Shown: positions 50,068-60,709 of the stretch, piece after piece
Layout: each line of letters starts with the position of its first letter
Numbering within the stretch: position 1 is the first letter of the stretch
Origin: an uncultured delta proteobacterium
GTDB lineage: Bacteria; Desulfobacterota; Desulfobacteria; Desulfobacterales; B30-G6
Assembly (NCBI GenBank): GCA_963823335.1
Contig: CAWGLD010000007.1
Location: 288,001 to 352,000 of the forward strand
DNA: 64,000 nt
Direction: 5' to 3'
The notes under the pieces: model-generated
The model's input: only the letters and a program-made list of their open reading frames with translations
Database searches by the model: none
What the model was told of the DNA's origin: nothing
Made by a program: the position numbers and the translations under genes

Positions 50068-50095
50068 TGCCTTTCGAACTCTCGATCCTTGCTTT

Positions 50096-50177
50096 CCCCC
50101 TCCACCCCTCCAAACCTCTGACCCTCCAACCCTGCCTTCCCCCCTCCAACCCTCCAAAACTCAAACCCTCCAACCCT
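50096..50177. repeat. degenerate 8-mer tandem repeat (CCCTCCAA)n
   Basis: About 9 imperfect units just after the hairpin array. Confidence 0.7.
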
Positions 50178-50291
50178 TTTCTTAATTGACACGTCTTTTA
50201 GATTTCACTATACTCTCCCAGAATTAATGAAAGTCGGTTTTCTCAGTTTTTCTGCAATCTCTACAAGATGTTATCAACAAAGGAGCGTATT

Positions 50292-52037
50292 ATGGCGGAC
50301 AGACCCTGGCACGGAAAAAAATGGCCCAAAGGTGTACCCTTGGAAATTTCCGGGTACGACAACCCCCTGTACAATATTCTGGACGAGTCGGCGGAAAAAT
50401 ATCCGAATAATGTATATACGATCTTTAACGATGCGACACGAACGTATGCCCAGGTAAAAGACACCGCCGACCGGATCGCCAATTTCCTGGTATCCAAGGG
50501 TATCAAGAAGGGTGACCGGGTCGCCATCTTTCTCCCCAACCTACCGCATTATCCGGCCATTTTTTTTGGTATCCTCAAAGCCGGTGCTGTCTGTGTAACC
50601 TGCAACCCTGTTTACACTGCCAGTGAACTGAATTACCAGTTGGGTGATGCAGGCGCCAAAATGGTCTTCTGCATGGATCATCCCCTCTTCTACCCCACAA
50701 CCGTCAAGGCCATCAAAGACACCAATGTGGAAAACGTGGTTGTCTGCAGCGTCAAATCTTATCTGCCCTGGATCAAAGGCTTTCTGGGGGGTCTGCTGGG
50801 TAAAATTCCCAAAGCGGAGAGCTATCAGACCGGTCATCTCTTTTTTGACGATGTGGTGGCATCTGCCCAACCGCAGCCACCTGTGATCGATATCGATCCC
50901 ATGAATGATCTTGCCTTGATCATCTATACCGGGGGAACAACCGGTCGCCCCAAAGGCGCCGCTCTCACCCACGCCAATTTTTATCACAATGTTCTGGCCC
51001 TGGGGGAATGGGGCCTGCTTCCCCATGAGCCCAATGGTGCGCCGGAAAAAATCCGCCACGGTGGCTTTCACACCTATCTTGGCGTATTGCCGTGGTATCA
51101 CAGCTTCGGCCTGACCGTGGCCATGCTTTCCGCCTGCGGCTCAGGCAGCAAACTGATCTGTATTCCAGACCCTCGTGCCGGCGATCCCCCATTTACAGAC
51201 GTCCTCAAGGCCGTCCAAAAATATCGACCCACATTGATGCCGGCCGTGCCTACGATTTTTGTGGCCTTTACCAATCATGCACTGCTGGATCAATTTGACC
51301 TGACATCCCTCATGGGTTGTTTTTCGGGTGGTGCACCACTTCCGCCCGAAGTCTGCAAACAGTTCGAGGATAAAACAGGTTCGATTATCTTCGAGGGTTA
51401 CGGGCTCAGTGAAACATCCCCTGTGGTCACAGCAAATCCCACCAACCAAAAGGATCGTAAAATCGGCTCCATTGGGTTTCCCGTACCCAGCACCGATGTG
51501 AAGATCGTGGATCTCGACACCGGTTTGAAGGAACTCCCCCAGGGTGAAGATGGAGAGATTGCCATCAATGGGCCACAGGTCATGCAGGGTTACTGGAACA
51601 AACCCGATGCAAATAAAGAGGTTTTCAGAGAACTCGATGGCAAGCGCTATTTTCTCACCGGTGACATCGGCCATATTGATGACGATGGATACATACTGAT
51701 CACCGACCGTAAGAAAGACCTGATCATCGTCGGGGGATTCAACGTTTATCCCAGAGAGGTTGAAGACACACTCTTTACCCATCCCAAGGTCGCCCTGGTC
51801 GCCGTTGTGGGTGTTCCGGATGCCAAGAGTGGTGAAATTGTAAAGGCCTACATACAACTGAAACCCGGAGAAACCGCAACCGAAGAAGAGATCACAGCCT
51901 TTTGCAAGGAAAACATGGCCGGATACAAACGCCCCCGCGTTATCGAGTTCCGGAATGAGGTGCCGGTGTCGAATGTCGGTAAGGTCCTGCGGCGGGTTCT
52001 GAGGGATGAAGAAATAGAGAAACAGAAAAACCAATGA
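50292..52037 (+). CDS. fadD: long-chain fatty acid--CoA ligase
   Basis: [38 protein letters not shown]. Confidence 0.9.
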   Translation: MADRPWHGKKWPKGVPLEISGYDNPLYNILDESAEKYPNNVYTIFNDATRTYAQVKDTADRIANFLVSKGIKKGDRVAIFLPNLPHYPAIFFGILKAGAVCVTCNPVYTASELNYQLGDAGAKMVFCMDHPLFYPTTVKAIKDTNVENVVVCSVKSYLPWIKGFLGGLLGKIPKAESYQTGHLFFDDVVASAQPQPPVIDIDPMNDLALIIYTGGTTGRPKGAALTHANFYHNVLALGEWGLLPHEPNGAPEKIRHGGFHTYLGVLPWYHSFGLTVAMLSACGSGSKLICIPDPRAGDPPFTDVLKAVQKYRPTLMPAVPTIFVAFTNHALLDQFDLTSLMGCFSGGAPLPPEVCKQFEDKTGSIIFEGYGLSETSPVVTANPTNQKDRKIGSIGFPVPSTDVKIVDLDTGLKELPQGEDGEIAINGPQVMQGYWNKPDANKEVFRELDGKRYFLTGDIGHIDDDGYILITDRKKDLIIVGGFNVYPREVEDTLFTHPKVALVAVVGVPDAKSGEIVKAYIQLKPGETATEEEITAFCKENMAGYKRPRVIEFRNEVPVSNVGKVLRRVLRDEEIEKQKNQ

Positions 52038-52921
52038 AACAAAAATTCGACAAAGTCGGCAGGAACGACCCCTGCCCCTGCGGAAGCGGTTTGAAATACA
52101 AGCGCTGCTGCATCGGCAGGGATCCTGCGTCCCGGGAAAGCCTGGAAAAACGCTATGAGAAGGAACACCAGATTCATCTTAAAAAGGGGCTGGACATCGA
52201 AAGAATCCGCAAGGCCGGGAAGCTGGTTGTAGAAACCCTGGATCTTGCGGAAACCATCGTCAAACCCGGTTTGAAAACAGATGCCATCAATACACTGGTA
52301 CATGACTTCACCATTCAGAACCACGCCATACCCGCACCACTCAATTACCGTGGGTTCCCCAAGAGTGTCTGCGTCTCGGTCAACGATGTTATCTGTCACG
52401 GTATCCCGGGAGACTATCGGCTGGCAGATGGTGACATTGTCAACATAGACGTCACTTCGATTCTGGACGGGTACTACGCCGACGCCAGCAAAACTTTTTT
52501 TGTCGGATCTCCCGGCCCCGAAGCCAGAAAAATTGTCCGGGTTGCCAGACAGTCTCTCAAAAAAGGCATGGCCATGGTAAAGCCCGGAAACAGAGTCGGT
52601 GACATCGGCCATGCCATACAACACTATGCCGAAAGCAAAGGCTGCTCGGTTGTGCGGGATTTTGTGGGTCACGGCATCGGCACGGACTTTCATGAACATC
52701 CGCAAATCCCCCATTTCGGAAATAAAGGCGAGGGAATTGAACTGGTGCCGGGTATGGTGTTCACCATCGAGCCCATGATCAATCTGGGAGGATTATCCCT
52801 GCGCATTCTCAAAGACAAATGGACCGCCGTAACCAGAGACGGCTCCCTGTCCGCCCAGTTTGAACAGACCCTCCTGGTGACAGAAAATGGACTGGAGAGC
52901 CTGACCCCGTATGATCTGTAG
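52034..52921 (+). CDS. map: type I methionine aminopeptidase with N-terminal SEC-C motif
   Basis: [47 protein letters not shown] overlap with fadD. Confidence 0.93.
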   Translation: MKQKFDKVGRNDPCPCGSGLKYKRCCIGRDPASRESLEKRYEKEHQIHLKKGLDIERIRKAGKLVVETLDLAETIVKPGLKTDAINTLVHDFTIQNHAIPAPLNYRGFPKSVCVSVNDVICHGIPGDYRLADGDIVNIDVTSILDGYYADASKTFFVGSPGPEARKIVRVARQSLKKGMAMVKPGNRVGDIGHAIQHYAESKGCSVVRDFVGHGIGTDFHEHPQIPHFGNKGEGIELVPGMVFTIEPMINLGGLSLRILKDKWTAVTRDGSLSAQFEQTLLVTENGLESLTPYDL

Positions 52922-53127
52922 CAATGGAACCCCTGGTCATCTCTCTGGTACCGATTCATTCGAACGCTGTTTTCCATAGTCATATTCGTCGGCTGCTATC
53001 TTATCGCCATTGCAGGCGGATAGGTTTTTTCATCAATATCCTGAAATGTGATTGAACTGAATTGGTGCGCGCTGACCCCGTGGCCTGCTGCAGGGTACTC
53101 TTCAATCATTGTTGCCGGTATTCGTTC

Positions 53128-53156
53128 TTGACACAGAACTGGGATCCTAGTATCCT
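53128..53156 (+). promoter_or_regulatory. sigma70 promoter with overlapping near-palindrome upstream of gntR
   Basis: TTGACA-17-TATCCT; GGATCCTAGTATCC at 53142-53155. Confidence 0.5.
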
Positions 53157-53206
53157 AATCTCACTTGACGATTTTATTGACAACCGCGATAATACCGGAT
53201 CAAGAC

Positions 53207-53893
53207 ATGTCACCTATTCTCACCCAAAACAACTGGAGTCTGCGCAAGGAGATTTTCGATTATCTCAGCAGCCAGATAGAAAAAGGTACCCTGATACCGG
53301 GCTCCCTCATCAACGTACGCAAGTTGACCGAAAAGCTGAATGTAAGTCGCACACCACTGCGCGAGGCCCTTGCCCAGTTGGAGATCCAGGGTCTGGTCTC
53401 CATCTTGCCCCAGCGTGGCGTACGGATCAATGTCCTGATGTATGAGGACCTGCTGGATCTTTTTGAAATTATCGGGGCGCTAGAGTCCCAGGTGATTTTG
53501 ACGATTTTTCATCAGATCACGGAGAACAAGATCAATCTGATGAAACGCTACAACCGGGCCATGGAGAAAGCCCTCAAACAAGGCAAAAATAGGGCTTTTC
53601 ATGAAACCAACATTCTCTTTCACCGGGTTTTTCTCGATCTGTCTGCCAACCGGGAACTGACCGTGTATGTGAGCAGCCTGAAGCTGAGATTGTTCGGGTT
53701 TGCGCTCAAGAGTTACCGGGATCGTTTTAAAAGGGCGATTATCGCAGAACACGATGTGTTTATCGCACTGCTGAGGAAAGGCAAACGGCAATCCGCTGCG
53801 GATTATCTGAAAGACGTTCACTGGAAATTCAATTATCCTGATAATTTTATCCGGCCCGATGCAGTTGAAAACAACAATACTGCAACCGTATAA
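53207..53893 (+). CDS. GntR-family (FCD) transcriptional regulator
   Basis: VSRTPLREAL HTH; NILFH, EH and H of FCD domain. Confidence 0.92.
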   Translation: MSPILTQNNWSLRKEIFDYLSSQIEKGTLIPGSLINVRKLTEKLNVSRTPLREALAQLEIQGLVSILPQRGVRINVLMYEDLLDLFEIIGALESQVILTIFHQITENKINLMKRYNRAMEKALKQGKNRAFHETNILFHRVFLDLSANRELTVYVSSLKLRLFGFALKSYRDRFKRAIIAEHDVFIALLRKGKRQSAADYLKDVHWKFNYPDNFIRPDAVENNNTATV

Positions 53894-53992
53894 ATTGCAT
53901 AAGCTTCTCCGAAAGAGTTAAATAAAATGAAAGAATTATAACATTGATACATGCAAAAAGACTCACACCAAGCCGATAGAAGGAGACCGAAA

Positions 53993-55774
53993 ATGAGCAA
54001 ACAAAAAATGACCACCGAAGAAGCTTTTATTAAAGTTCTTCAGATGCATGGGATCGACAGCGCCTTTGGTATTATTGGTTCTGCGATGATGCCGGTTACC
54101 GACCTGTTTCCCAAAGCAGGTATCACTTTCTGGGATTGTGGGCATGAATTCAGCGCGGGCATGATGGCGGACGGGTTCACCCGCGCCTCCGGCAAGATGA
54201 GTATGCTGGTCGGTCAGAACGGCCCCGGTATCGCAAATTTTGTTACACCGGTAAAAACCGCCTACTGGAACCACACGCCTCTCTTGCTGATTACCGGCCA
54301 GGCTGCCAACATGACCATGGGGCAAGGCGGTTTTCAGGAAGTCCCGCAGATGGCCATGTTTGAGGACATGGTTGCCTACCAGGAAGAAGTTCTTCATCCA
54401 TCCCGTATGGCCGAGGTTCTCAATCGTGTGATCATGCGAGCAAAGCGTGCCTCTGCACCGGCCCAGATCAATATCCCGCGTGACTTCTGGACCCAGGTCA
54501 TTGACATCGAACTGCCCCCCATTATTGACTTTGAGCGTCCGGCGGGTGGTGAGGAAGCCATCGCCCGCGCAGCCGAACTTCTGTCCCATGCCAAATTCCC
54601 CGTCATCCTGAACGGCGGCGGCGTTGTGATCGGTGGTGCCATCAAAGCTTCCATAGCGCTGGCCGAGCGCCTGGACGCCCCGGTCTGCTGCAACTATCAA
54701 CACAATGACGCTTTCCCCGGCAGCCACCCGCTGTTCCTGGGCCCTTTGGGTTACAATGGTTCAAAAGCCGGGATGAAAAGTATCGCCAGGGCCGACGTTG
54801 TACTGGCCCTGGGCAACCGCTTGAATCCTTTCTCAACCCTGCCATGCTACGGTATTGAATACTGGCCAACCGATGCAGCCATTATTCAGGTCGACATCAA
54901 CCCCGACCGTATTGGCCTCACCAAACCCATCACTGTGGGAATTGTAGGGGATGCCTCGAAAGTGGCCAATTCCATTCTGGAGAAACTGTCTCCCACTGCC
55001 GGTGATGATGGCCGTGAAGAACGCAAGGCAGTCGTCAAAAAAGCCAAGGCGGACTGGGGTCTGGAGTTGGCCACCATGGATCATGAAGAAGACGATCTCG
55101 GTACCACATGGAACGAACGTTGCCAGAAGCGTGAACCGGAGAAAATAACGGCGCGTATGGCCTGGCGCGCCATCAAGGCCGCTCTTCCCAAAGAAGCGAT
55201 CATCTCTTCGGACATCGGGAACAACTGTGCCATTGGTAATGCGTATCCGGACTTTGAAGAAGGTCGCAAGTACCTGGCACCAGGCATGTTCGGTTGCTGC
55301 GGCTATGGTTTTCCGGCCATCCTGGGTGCAAAAATCGCCAAGCCCGGCGTACCTGTGGTTGGTTTTGCCGGAGATGGGGCCTTTGGTATCTCAATGAACG
55401 AAATGACTGCCTGTGGTCGTGACCAATGGCCTGCCATCACCATGATCATTTTCCGCAACTACCAGTGGGGCGCCGAGAAACGGAACACCACCCTTTGGTA
55501 CCACGACAACTTCGTCGGAACCGAGTTGAATCCGAAAGTCTCCTACGCCGACATAGCCAAGGCCTGCGGATTAGACGGTGTCCAGGCGACCACCATGGAG
55601 GATCTAACCGAGAAACTGAATACGGCCATCAAAGCACAAATGGAAGAGGGTAAAACCACTTTCATCGAGGTTATGACGAACCAGGAACTGGGTGAACCGT
55701 TCCGTCGCGATGCCATGACAACCCCCGTTCGGATTGCAGGAATTGACAAGGCTGACATGCGTCCTCAAAAATGA
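53993..55774 (+). CDS. xsc: sulfoacetaldehyde acetyltransferase (ThDP-dependent)
   Basis: MTTEEAF, FGIIGSAMMP, QNGPG, AYWNHTP, DIGNNC, GDGAFG..N, QWGAEKRN, GEPFRRDAM; AAGGAG SD. Confidence 0.92.
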   Translation: MSKQKMTTEEAFIKVLQMHGIDSAFGIIGSAMMPVTDLFPKAGITFWDCGHEFSAGMMADGFTRASGKMSMLVGQNGPGIANFVTPVKTAYWNHTPLLLITGQAANMTMGQGGFQEVPQMAMFEDMVAYQEEVLHPSRMAEVLNRVIMRAKRASAPAQINIPRDFWTQVIDIELPPIIDFERPAGGEEAIARAAELLSHAKFPVILNGGGVVIGGAIKASIALAERLDAPVCCNYQHNDAFPGSHPLFLGPLGYNGSKAGMKSIARADVVLALGNRLNPFSTLPCYGIEYWPTDAAIIQVDINPDRIGLTKPITVGIVGDASKVANSILEKLSPTAGDDGREERKAVVKKAKADWGLELATMDHEEDDLGTTWNERCQKREPEKITARMAWRAIKAALPKEAIISSDIGNNCAIGNAYPDFEEGRKYLAPGMFGCCGYGFPAILGAKIAKPGVPVVGFAGDGAFGISMNEMTACGRDQWPAITMIIFRNYQWGAEKRNTTLWYHDNFVGTELNPKVSYADIAKACGLDGVQATTMEDLTEKLNTAIKAQMEEGKTTFIEVMTNQELGEPFRRDAMTTPVRIAGIDKADMRPQK

Positions 55775-55863
55775 AAAGATGAACATCGAACGTTGGACGT
55801 TCATCAGTAGGAAGTTCGTAGAATATTCTGTATCTTTGATTAGTATAATCCTGGAGGAGGCCT

Positions 55864-57087
55864 ATGCCCACGCAGAATAAATTCGCTGTGCTGGTAATCA
55901 ATTCAGGAAGTTCATCCGTAAAATTCAGCCTGTACCGGATGCCTGAAGAAACCATTCTGGCATCTGGTGCCGTGGATCGTATAGGTCTTCAAACCCCTCT
56001 GCTGGAGTTCCGAAACAATCGGGGGGATATCCATCGCCGACCAGCATGCGGAAACAGCGTCCAGGAGGCCGTTGCAGAACTTATCGGTCTCCTGACCCAT
56101 GATGAATTCGGTGTAATAAAGACAAAAGGGGATGTTTACGCCGTGGGCCACAGGGTGGTGCATGGGGGCGAAGCCATCGCGGTACCCGTGATCATCGATG
56201 ACGCCGTCAAACACGTCATCACCGAAAACAGCAGACTGGCCCCCCTCCACAACCCTCCCAACCTGGAAGGCATCCAGGCCTGCGAACAGTTTTTCCCGGG
56301 CATCCCCCATGTGGCCGTATTCGACACGGCCTTTCATGCCACCCTGCCCGAGCATGCCTATCTTTACGGATTGCCTTATGAAATGTACAAAGATGAAGGC
56401 ATTCGGCGATACGGGTTTCATGGCACGAGCCATCGGTTCGTGGCCGGGAAAGCGGCTGTCCATCTCAATCGCTCTCTGGCGGAGCTCAGGCTGATTACCT
56501 GTCACCTGGGCAACGGCAGCAGCATCACCGCCGTGAAAGACGGTCGAAGTATCGACACCAGCATGGGATTCACCCCCCTGGAAGGCACCATCATGGGCAC
56601 CCGCTGCGGCAGCATCGACCCGGCCATCGTCGTTCACATGATGACCCGCCTCAAGATGCAGCCCCACCAGATAGACCACCTGCTCAACAGGAAAAGCGGC
56701 TTTAAAGGATTGGCAGGCATCGACAGCGGTGATATAAGGGATGTGCTCTCTGCCATGCAAACCGGCAACACCCGTTCCGCCACCGCCATCAATCTCTATG
56801 TGTACCAGATCAGAAAATACATCGGGTCCTATATGGCCGCCATGAACGGCCTGGATGCCATTGTTTTTACCGCGGGCATCGGAGAGAACTCACCGGCCAT
56901 ACGGGACCTGGTCTGCAACGGCGGTGATGGGTTGGATAAACTCGGTATCGTCCTGGATCCGGAAAGAAACACGGCCGTACCCCTCACGACGCCTGAAATT
57001 CAATCAGACAACAGCCGGGTCAAAATCCTGGTCGTCCCCACGGATGAGGCCCTTGAAATCGCCAGACAGACGTGTGTATTGCTTTGA
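55864..57087 (+). CDS. ackA: acetate kinase
   Basis: INSGSSSVK, GHRVVHGG, APLHNP, YGFHGTSH, HLGNGSS, FTAGIGEN, PTDE. Confidence 0.96.
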   Translation: MPTQNKFAVLVINSGSSSVKFSLYRMPEETILASGAVDRIGLQTPLLEFRNNRGDIHRRPACGNSVQEAVAELIGLLTHDEFGVIKTKGDVYAVGHRVVHGGEAIAVPVIIDDAVKHVITENSRLAPLHNPPNLEGIQACEQFFPGIPHVAVFDTAFHATLPEHAYLYGLPYEMYKDEGIRRYGFHGTSHRFVAGKAAVHLNRSLAELRLITCHLGNGSSITAVKDGRSIDTSMGFTPLEGTIMGTRCGSIDPAIVVHMMTRLKMQPHQIDHLLNRKSGFKGLAGIDSGDIRDVLSAMQTGNTRSATAINLYVYQIRKYIGSYMAAMNGLDAIVFTAGIGENSPAIRDLVCNGGDGLDKLGIVLDPERNTAVPLTTPEIQSDNSRVKILVVPTDEALEIARQTCVLL

Positions 57088-57106
57088 TGTCAACATTGAG
57101 GTTGCC

Positions 57107-58249
57107 ATGAAACGACGAATTTTCAAACCCGAGCACGAAATATTCAGAAAATCCTTTCGAGGCTATTTAAAAGATAAAATCATCCTTCAATACGATGAAT
57201 GGGAAAAAGCCGGCATAACCCCCAGACAGGTGTGGCTGGAAGCCGGGGAAAATGGTTGGTTATGTCCAACAGCTGAAAAACGCTATGGTGGTCCGGAAGG
57301 CGACTTTCTGTATTCCCTCATCATCACCGAAGAAATTTATTATCACGCCTTGAATGGCCTTTTCTGGTGGGTACACAGCGACATTTTTCTGCCTTACATT
57401 GAAAAATATGCCAATGAACGGCTCAAACAAAAATGGATACCCAGATGCATAAGCGGGGAAAGCATACTCGCCCTTGCCATGACGGAACCCGAGGTGGGTT
57501 CGGATATCGCCCGACTGACGACTTCCGCCCGGCGAGAGGGCGACCATTATGTTGTCAATGGAAGCAAAACCTTTATCAGTAACGGCCAGTTGGCCGATGT
57601 ATGTATCGTGGCGGTACGAACCGCCGAAACCGATCGAGCCCATGATGGCATCAGTCTGTTACTTGTCGAGACAGATAGAAAAGGCTTTCACAAGGGCGCG
57701 AACCTGAAAAAAATCGGTCTGCATGCTCAGGATACGTCTGAACTGTTTTTTAATGACTGCCGGGTTCCAATTGAAAACCTTCTGGGCGTTGAAGGATGCG
57801 GTTTCAAATACCTGATGGAAAACCTGCAACAGGAGCGGCTCTTATTGGCCATCGGCGCATGCGCTGCGGCCAGGGGTGCTTTCGATTTAACCTTAAAGTA
57901 TGTCAAAAAGCGCCGGGCTTTCGGGCAATCGCTTGGTGAATTTCAGAATACCCGCTTTAGCATGGCAGAGATGCTCACCAAAATTCAACTGGCCCAATCC
58001 TTCCTGGATGATTTGATCCCGAGACATATGGCGGGTGAAGACATCGTCAGTGAAGTCAGTATGGCCAAGTACTGGATAACGGATTTGCAGTTCGACGTGG
58101 CCCATCGTTGCCTGCAGTTTTTTGGTGGTTACGGATACATGAAGGAATTCCCCATTTCACGGCATTTTGTTGACGCCCGGGTCCAAAGCATTTATGGAGG
58201 AAGCAATGAAATCATGAAAGAGCTCATTGCGCGTCGGATGGGTCTATGA
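57107..58249 (+). CDS. acyl-CoA dehydrogenase
   Basis: AMTEPEVGSD, NGSKTFISNG, QERL, GGYGYM, IYGGSNEIMK. Confidence 0.94.
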   Translation: MKRRIFKPEHEIFRKSFRGYLKDKIILQYDEWEKAGITPRQVWLEAGENGWLCPTAEKRYGGPEGDFLYSLIITEEIYYHALNGLFWWVHSDIFLPYIEKYANERLKQKWIPRCISGESILALAMTEPEVGSDIARLTTSARREGDHYVVNGSKTFISNGQLADVCIVAVRTAETDRAHDGISLLLVETDRKGFHKGANLKKIGLHAQDTSELFFNDCRVPIENLLGVEGCGFKYLMENLQQERLLLAIGACAAARGAFDLTLKYVKKRRAFGQSLGEFQNTRFSMAEMLTKIQLAQSFLDDLIPRHMAGEDIVSEVSMAKYWITDLQFDVAHRCLQFFGGYGYMKEFPISRHFVDARVQSIYGGSNEIMKELIARRMGL

Positions 58250-58393
58250 ATTTCCATCAGACATGACGATACAAAATTCTCGTATGCGGCCGCTGAAACC
58301 CGGTGTTATAAAACTTTAAAGGATAAATTAATTTGGATGCTTGTTTGGTTAATTATTAGAACCCATCTGAAAAATCGATCCGGCACCGCTTCG

Positions 58394-59422
58394 TTATTGC
58401 CCGCCGGAAAGCGATTTCACACCCAGTGTTTCGATCAAGCGGTTGATGTTTGTGGTTTTGAGATTCATTCCACCCTCCGAGACCGGCAACAGTATAATAC
58501 GCTTTCCTTGAATCGCCTCGGCAATTCTCAGTTTTACAATCGCCTCGCCACCTGATCCGGCAAGCGCATTGTTCATTTCCTGGATTCCGGTCGCTTCTGC
58601 AATGCCTTCTGCCTGGATGGCTTTGGCGAGAAGCTGTTGCTGTTCCTGGTATACATCTGCCTCGATCTTGTCCTTGAGGTATTGACCGTCGGCATCCGCC
58701 ACCATCTTGTTGACTTCGCCACGGGCTTCTTCCAGTTTTCGCTTGTATTCCTCTGCAGCGGCGTGCTGGGCCGACTTGTTCTTCTCCACCTGCTGATCAG
58801 CCACTTTCTTGTCCTCGATGGCTTTCTGATACTCGGGGTTGAAACGATAATCATTGGTCAGCACTTTCTCCACGACGATACCCATGGGCCCTAAGATCTC
58901 CTGAAGCGCCTCCTTGGCCTTGATCGCCTGGGCCTCCCGAGCATCGGCCACATAGAAGGCTTCCGTTTTAAGTTCGCCGAAAATGTCTCTCGGCTTGCTG
59001 CGGGCCACGGTTCGGACAATTTTATCCCGCAGGGTTGCGTCATTGCGGGCCACGTACTGGAGGATGTGGGGAGCCATCTTCGCATCGATGCGGTAGGCGA
59101 TGATCACATCCAGGCTGATGTCGTTGCCGTCAATGGTTTTGAGTACCAGATCATCTCTGGATTTGCGGTCTCCCCGCACTTGCGAATATGTCATCTCAAG
59201 ATTCTGCAGTTTGGTGTCAAAAACATCCCAGTCATTGATAAACGGCAGAAAAAAATAGGTGGCTCCCGGAGCGTAGGACCGGTCCTCAACGCCCTTTGGT
59301 CCGAAAAAAGCCATTTTACGGGTCCTGACCCCCACCTCTGTCTCCCCGGTGGTATGGGGGACACAACCGGCCACGGTTAACAGGGCCAGCAATATCACAA
59401 TCCAGTAAAAAAAGTGTTTCAT
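58394..59422 (-). CDS. SPFH/band-7 protein B, predicted lipoprotein
   Basis: Signal ending TVAGC; KTIDG..LDV SPFH motif; AIEDK and coiled-coil C-terminus. Confidence 0.8.
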   Translation of the reverse strand: MKHFFYWIVILLALLTVAGCVPHTTGETEVGVRTRKMAFFGPKGVEDRSYAPGATYFFLPFINDWDVFDTKLQNLEMTYSQVRGDRKSRDDLVLKTIDGNDISLDVIIAYRIDAKMAPHILQYVARNDATLRDKIVRTVARSKPRDIFGELKTEAFYVADAREAQAIKAKEALQEILGPMGIVVEKVLTNDYRFNPEYQKAIEDKKVADQQVEKNKSAQHAAAEEYKRKLEEARGEVNKMVADADGQYLKDKIEADVYQEQQQLLAKAIQAEGIAEATGIQEMNNALAGSGGEAIVKLRIAEAIQGKRIILLPVSEGGMNLKTTNINRLIETLGVKSLSGGQ

Positions 59423-60519
59423 TTGCCGTCTCCTTTGCGAACATCGAATAATTGCAGGGTGTTGTCCAAATTCAGCGGGTTGACCCCGTCCGGACCGTCA
59501 CTGGGCAGGATGATCACCTCGAGCCCCTGGTAGGCATCGGCCATTTTCAGACCCACCATCCGTTCGGAGCCGATCCCTTTCAGGGCCTCGTTTTTAAGGC
59601 GTACGCGTTCCGCTTCTGCCAGCTTCACCAGAAGGTCGGCTTCTGCTTTTTTCTTGCGAACGTAAAAATCCTTTTCAGCCATCTTGCGGGTGACATAGGC
59701 TTTGCCCTTTTCGAGCTCAACAGCGGCGATGACCATACCTTCTTGCACGATTTTCTTCAATTCGGCTTCTTCCTTGGCCGCACGGGCCGCCGCCTGATTG
59801 GTGAACACCATCTGGTCCTGGAGTTTTTTTTCTTCGATGTTTTTCTGGATTTCTTTACTGTATATAAAATAGCGAACCAGCACCTGGTCTACCTCGAGAC
59901 CTTTTAAATTCAATTCTTTGTTGAGCCGTTGCTTGGCCTCTTCCGCTTTTTGGACTCGCATGGGGCTGTTATAAAATTCCTCGGTGGTCAGCTTACCCAG
60001 GGTCTCCTTGAGAGCCGGCTCTGCCTTGGGAATAATGCCGTTGTCTTCAAAAAGGGTTCCAGGACCGATGGTGGTAAAAACCATGTAGGGGTCCTTGATG
60101 TGGTAAAGAAAAGAAACGTCCACATCGACAAAAAAGCCATCCGATGTCTGAATGTGTGCCGCCCGGTCTTTGCGCGCCATCGCTGCGGCAGTATCGGGAA
60201 AATTGGTCAACTCCAGCACCTGAATGCCCTTGGGGAGCTGGTACATCTGCTGCAGCCCGAAGGGTAAAACAAACGTCAGGCCCGCCGGATAGATCTTTTT
60301 CTGAACGCCGCGGTTTATTCCGACTCTGGCCACCTTGATCCCGTATTTGTCCGGCTGCACATAAACGAAAAAGAGATTAAAGCCGATAACTATCAGCACG
60401 ATCACCACAATGAAGATCTTAACGCTGCCGGCCAGCCGGAGATTGAGCCGGGGAAACTTGAATCTTCCTATCCATTCATTGATGTTCGATGACATCTTGT
60501 CCATCGGGTCATTCTCCAT
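59419..60519 (-). CDS. SPFH/band-7 protein A
   Basis: N-terminal TM, QTSDGFFVDVDV, NIEEKKLQDQ, coiled coil; 4-bp overlap with partner. Confidence 0.82.
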   Translation of the reverse strand: MENDPMDKMSSNINEWIGRFKFPRLNLRLAGSVKIFIVVIVLIVIGFNLFFVYVQPDKYGIKVARVGINRGVQKKIYPAGLTFVLPFGLQQMYQLPKGIQVLELTNFPDTAAAMARKDRAAHIQTSDGFFVDVDVSFLYHIKDPYMVFTTIGPGTLFEDNGIIPKAEPALKETLGKLTTEEFYNSPMRVQKAEEAKQRLNKELNLKGLEVDQVLVRYFIYSKEIQKNIEEKKLQDQMVFTNQAAARAAKEEAELKKIVQEGMVIAAVELEKGKAYVTRKMAEKDFYVRKKKAEADLLVKLAEAERVRLKNEALKGIGSERMVGLKMADAYQGLEVIILPSDGPDGVNPLNLDNTLQLFDVRKGDGK

Positions 60520-60593
60520 GATCCATTTCTCCTTTCAAATCGTATCGCCTCGACTGACGAGGTTGATGGGTGTCTTATCGTTTGTTTCTCCTG

Positions 60594-60620
60594 AGGGAAT
60601 GCGCTCGCTGTTTCGGTTCA
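60594..60620 (-). repeat. truncated family A repeat
   Basis: AGGGAATGCGCTCGCTGTTTCGGTTCA is the reverse complement of the family A left half. Confidence 0.75.
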
Positions 60621-60709
60621 TTTCTTGATGGATTGATAGGATCATACAAGATGCATCGGGATCGATCAATAGCGTAACGTGACATCATTGCACGATAGAG
60701 CAGCCATGG

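Noticed and set aside
49941-50075. CRISPR interpretation of the periodic array
   Set aside because: An 18-19-nt period and 7-nt constant part are far too short; no cas genes in the window.
51141-52714. 297-aa and 288-aa minus-strand ORFs
   Set aside because: Antisense to fadD and map.
53963-56760. 254-aa and 282-aa minus-strand ORFs
   Set aside because: Antisense to xsc and ackA.
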